Shown here: positions 28,902 through 32,000 of the stretch, piece by piece | How positions within the stretch are numbered: the stretch's first letter is position 1 | How the letters are laid out: every line of letters begins with the position of its first letter | Source: Mycolicibacterium smegmatis | GTDB lineage: Bacteria; Actinomycetota; Actinomycetes; Mycobacteriales; Mycobacteriaceae | Reading direction: 5' to 3' | DNA: 32,000 nucleotides | Assembly (NCBI RefSeq): GCF_001457595.1 | Contig: NZ_LN831039.1 | Location: forward strand, 1,050,001-1,082,000 | Notes under the pieces: generated by a model | Databases searched by the model: none | What the model was told of the DNA's origin: nothing | What the model saw: only the letters and a program-made list of their open reading frames with translations | Program-made: the position numbers and the translations under genes

Positions 28902-29683
28902 CCGGATTCGCCGAGATCGCGGCGGCAGGACCGGTTCTGCTCGCCCTGGGCGTGAGTGTGCTGGCCGGCCTGGTGTCGTTCGCCTCGCCGTGCGTCGTGC
29001 CGCTCGTGCCCGGCTACCTGTCGTATCTGGCCGCGGTGGTCGGTGTCGACGACGATCCCGTGCGCACCGGCGGTGAGCGCGTCGCGCTGCGCTCGGCACG
29101 GCTGCGGGTCGCGGGTGCGGCGGCACTGTTCGTCGCCGGGTTCACCGTGGTGTTCCTGCTGGGTGCGGTCGCGGTGCTCGGCATGACCACCACCTTGATC
29201 GCCAATCAGCTTCTGCTGCAACGCATCGGCGGTGTCGTCACGATCGTCATGGGCCTGGTGTTCGTGGGCTTCATCCCGGCGCTGCAGCGGCAGGCGCGGT
29301 TCACCCCGCGCCAATTGTCGACGGTCGCGGGCGCACCGCTGCTGGGTGCGGTGTTCGCGCTCGGTTGGACGCCGTGCCTGGGGCCGACGCTCACCGGCGT
29401 CATCGCGGTCGCCTCGGCCACCGACGGCGCCACGGTCGCGCGCGGTGTCGTGCTGGTGCTGGCCTACTGCCTGGGGCTCGGCATCCCGTTCGTACTGCTC
29501 GCGCTGGGCTCGGCGCGCGCCGTGCAGGGTTTGGGCTGGCTGCGCAGGCACACCAGGACCATCCAGATCTTCGGCGGCGTGCTGCTGATCCTCGTCGGCG
29601 CGGCCCTCGTCACGGGCCTGTGGAACGAGTTCGTGTCCTACGTGCGCGACGCCTTCGTCAGTGATGTGAGGCTCCCCATCTGA
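28898..29683 (+). CDS. ccdA: Cytochrome c biogenesis protein CcdA
   Basis: [34 protein letters not shown]-like [17 protein letters not shown], multiple TM helices. Confidence 0.93.
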   Translation: MTGFAEIAAAGPVLLALGVSVLAGLVSFASPCVVPLVPGYLSYLAAVVGVDDDPVRTGGERVALRSARLRVAGAAALFVAGFTVVFLLGAVAVLGMTTTLIANQLLLQRIGGVVTIVMGLVFVGFIPALQRQARFTPRQLSTVAGAPLLGAVFALGWTPCLGPTLTGVIAVASATDGATVARGVVLVLAYCLGLGIPFVLLALGSARAVQGLGWLRRHTRTIQIFGGVLLILVGAALVTGLWNEFVSYVRDAFVSDVRLPI

Positions 29684-31332
29684 TGACGTCTTCCCCGCGA
29701 GCAGACACAGAACTACCCGAAAACCCGCCGGATGCGGCAGGTTTGCGTGTGCTCGGCAGAAGGATCTGGGCCCCGATCCGCAACACGTGGCGCACGCTGA
29801 CGTCGATGGGCACCGCGCTGGTGCTGCTGTTCCTGCTCGCGCTGGGCGCCATCCCCGGGGCCCTGCTGCCGCAGCGCAGCCTCAACGAATCCAAGGTCGA
29901 CGAGTACCTCGCGACGCACCCGACTCTCGGGCCCTGGCTGGACCGTCTGCAGGCGTTCGACGTGTTCTCCAGCTTCTGGTTCACCGCGATCTACGTACTG
30001 CTGTTCATCTCGCTGGTGGGCTGCCTGACCCCGCGGATGATCGAGCACGTCCGCAGCCTGCGCGCCGTGCCGGTCGCCGCTCCGCGCAACCTGGGCCGTC
30101 TGCCCAAGCACCACGAGGCGCAGGTGCAGGCCGATGCGGCCGAACTCGCCGAGTCCGTCACGCAGCGGTTGCGGGGCTGGCGCACCGTCACCCGCGAGAA
30201 CGTCGGGGTCACCGAGATCTCCGCGGAGAAGGGCTATCTGCGCGAGTTCGGCAACATCGTCTTCCACTTCTCGCTGCTGGGCCTGCTCGTCGCGGTCGCC
30301 GCGGGCAAGCTGTTCGGCTACGAGGGCAACGTGATCGTCATCGCCGACGGCGGTCCCGGTTTCTGCACGGCCTCACCCGCGGCGTTCGACTCGTTCCGTG
30401 CGGGCAACACCGTCGACGGCACATCGCTGCACCCGATGTGCATCCGCGTCAACAACTTCGATGCGGACTACCTGCCGACCGGGCAGGCGCTGTCATTCGC
30501 CGCCGACATCGACTACCAGGCCGGCGACGACCTGAGCACCGACACGTGGCGGCCGTACCGCCTCGAGGTCAACCATCCGCTGCGCGTCGGCGGGGACCGC
30601 GTGTACCTGCAGGGCCGCGGCTATGCACCGTCGTTCACCGTCACGTTCCCCGACGGCCAGACCCGCAGCCAGACCATCCAGTGGCGCCCCGAGGAACAGA
30701 TCACGTTCCTGTCCTCCGGCGTCGTGCGCATCGATCCGCCCGCGGGCACCTACCCGGATCCCGACGAACGCCGCAAGCACCAGATCGCGATCCAGGGCCT
30801 GTTCGCGCCCACCAAACAGCTCGACGGCACGCTGCTGTCCTCGAGCTTCCCGGCGCTCAACGATCCGGCCGTCGCCGTGGACATCTACCGGGGCGACACC
30901 GGCCTCGACACGGGGCGGCCACAGTCGCTGTTCTCGCTGGACCCGCGGCTGATCGGGCAGAAGCGGCTGACCAAGGTCGCGCGCGTGAACCTCGAAGAGG
31001 GACAGGAGACGCGCCTCGACGACGGCACCGTCGTGCGGTTCGACGGCGCGAAGCCGTTCGTCAACCTGCAGGTGTCCCACGATCCCGCCCAGGTGTGGGT
31101 GCTGGTGTTCGCGATGACGATGATGGCGGGACTGCTGGTGTCGCTCGTGGTGCGCAGGCGCCGGGTCTGGGTTCGGATCGAACCCGCAGGTGCGGGTACC
31201 GTGAGCGTCGAGTTCGGCGGGCTGGCCCGCACGGATAACTCCGGGTGGGGAGACGAGTTCGAGCGGTTGACCGAGCGGCTGTTGGAAGGCCGCACCGAGG
31301 CGACCGAATCGGCCGAAGAGAAGAAGGCGTGA
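29683..31332 (+). CDS. resB: Cytochrome c biogenesis protein ResB
   Basis: RNTWRTLTSMGTALVLLFLLALGAIPGALLPQRSLNESKVDEYL...SSFWFTAIYVLLFISLVGCLTPR; between ccdA and ccsA/B. Confidence 0.94.
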   Translation: MTSSPRADTELPENPPDAAGLRVLGRRIWAPIRNTWRTLTSMGTALVLLFLLALGAIPGALLPQRSLNESKVDEYLATHPTLGPWLDRLQAFDVFSSFWFTAIYVLLFISLVGCLTPRMIEHVRSLRAVPVAAPRNLGRLPKHHEAQVQADAAELAESVTQRLRGWRTVTRENVGVTEISAEKGYLREFGNIVFHFSLLGLLVAVAAGKLFGYEGNVIVIADGGPGFCTASPAAFDSFRAGNTVDGTSLHPMCIRVNNFDADYLPTGQALSFAADIDYQAGDDLSTDTWRPYRLEVNHPLRVGGDRVYLQGRGYAPSFTVTFPDGQTRSQTIQWRPEEQITFLSSGVVRIDPPAGTYPDPDERRKHQIAIQGLFAPTKQLDGTLLSSSFPALNDPAVAVDIYRGDTGLDTGRPQSLFSLDPRLIGQKRLTKVARVNLEEGQETRLDDGTVVRFDGAKPFVNLQVSHDPAQVWVLVFAMTMMAGLLVSLVVRRRRVWVRIEPAGAGTVSVEFGGLARTDNSGWGDEFERLTERLLEGRTEATESAEEKKA

Positions 31333-32000
31333 TGAATACCGAGCACATCGATATCGGGCTGGCCCGGTACTCCGACTGGGCGTTCACGTCCTCGGTGCTG
31401 GTGCTGGTGGGTGCACTGCTGCTGCTCGCCGTCGAGATGGCGTACAGCCGCAGCCGCCGCGTCGAGTCCCGTGAGCTGGTCGGGGCGGGCGGGCCCTCGG
31501 TGGTCGGCGCCGACAGCGCGACCCCCGGCGTCGTCGTGGAGAGCCCCAAGCGGCCGTTCGACGAGCGGGTCGGCAAGACCGGTCTGGCACTGACCTACGT
31601 CGGTATCGGTCTGCTGCTGGTGTGCATCGTGCTGCGCGGCGTGTCCACCTCGCGCGTGCCGTGGGGCAACATGTACGAGTTCATCAACCTGACGTGCTTC
31701 TGCGGGCTGGTGGCCGCCGCGGTCGTGCTGCGCAGGCCGCAGTACCGCACGCTGTGGGTGTTCGTGCTCGTGCCGGTGCTGATCCTGTTGACCGTCTCGG
31801 GCCGCTGGCTCTACACCAACGCCGCCCCGGTGATGCCCGCGCTGCAGTCGTACTGGCTGCCCATCCACGTGTCGGTGGTGAGCCTGGGCTCGGGTGTGTT
31901 CCTGGTGGCGGGCGTCGCGAGCATCCTGTTCCTGCTGAAGATGTCGCCGCTGGGCCAACCGCAGGAGGGGCGTGACAGCGTGTGGGCGCGGATCATCGAC
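31332..32000 (+). CDS. Cytochrome c biogenesis protein CcsA/CcsB, 5' part (runs off window)
   Basis: MNTEHIDIGLARYSDWAFTSSVLVLVGALLLLAVEMAYSRSRR...WGNMYEFINLTCFCGLVAAAVVLRR...SYWLPIHVSVVSLGSGVFLVAG; TGATG overlap with resB. Confidence 0.92.
   Translation, partial: MNTEHIDIGLARYSDWAFTSSVLVLVGALLLLAVEMAYSRSRRVESRELVGAGGPSVVGADSATPGVVVESPKRPFDERVGKTGLALTYVGIGLLLVCIVLRGVSTSRVPWGNMYEFINLTCFCGLVAAAVVLRRPQYRTLWVFVLVPVLILLTVSGRWLYTNAAPVMPALQSYWLPIHVSVVSLGSGVFLVAGVASILFLLKMSPLGQPQEGRDSVWARIID

Noticed and set aside
31488-31560. Apparent similarity of GGPSVVGADSATPGVVVESP in the CcsA/B protein to the HemD N-terminal repeat
   Set aside because: Only a short Gly/Ala/Val/Ser-rich resemblance without the 27-bp periodicity; likely convergence of composition.
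1-32000. CRISPR arrays, transposases, integrases, tRNA/rRNA genes, toxin-antitoxin or biosynthetic cluster signatures
   Set aside because: None were recognised on either strand by reading; the window seems to be core chromosome with one lineage-specific block.

Overview
This 32-kb window looks like an ordinary chromosomal segment of a fast-growing mycobacterium, closest to Mycolicibacterium smegmatis: the mspA porin and its signal peptide are recognisable by sequence. It reads gpm1 (3' end) - senX3 - regX3 - Cys-rich protein (minus strand) - ppx1 - membrane protein - sugar-phosphate isomerase family - thioesterase family - proC - small HTH protein - 33-aa AURKAIP1/COX24-like (bS22-type) ORF - galE-like - acyltransferase - HadA/MaoC-like (minus) - serB1-like (minus) - glutaredoxin-like - hemA - hemC - hemD (cysG/hemD fusion) - hemB - small membrane genes - MpaB-like/TetR - flavin-type enzyme - mspA - two tandem DUF385/deazaflavin-type paralogs (minus) - cytochrome P450 - hemL - histidine phosphatase - TlpA/ResA - CcdA - ResB - CcsA/CcsB (partial). 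I found no convincing new defence, mobile or CRISPR system. The most interesting observations are: (1) two copies, 17 kb apart, of a nested-hairpin intergenic element with a near-identical 29-nt loop, a 17-bp outer stem and one compensatory stem change; (2) a 27-bp/9-aa tandem-repeat extension at the N-terminus of HemD; (3) a glycine at mature MspA position 91, where the published porin has a constriction aspartate; (4) the 33-aa basic ORF missing from the supplied track, with stem-loops upstream; (5) a 625-bp gene-free leader before mspA; (6) a 10-bp tandem repeat through the serB1 stop codon.
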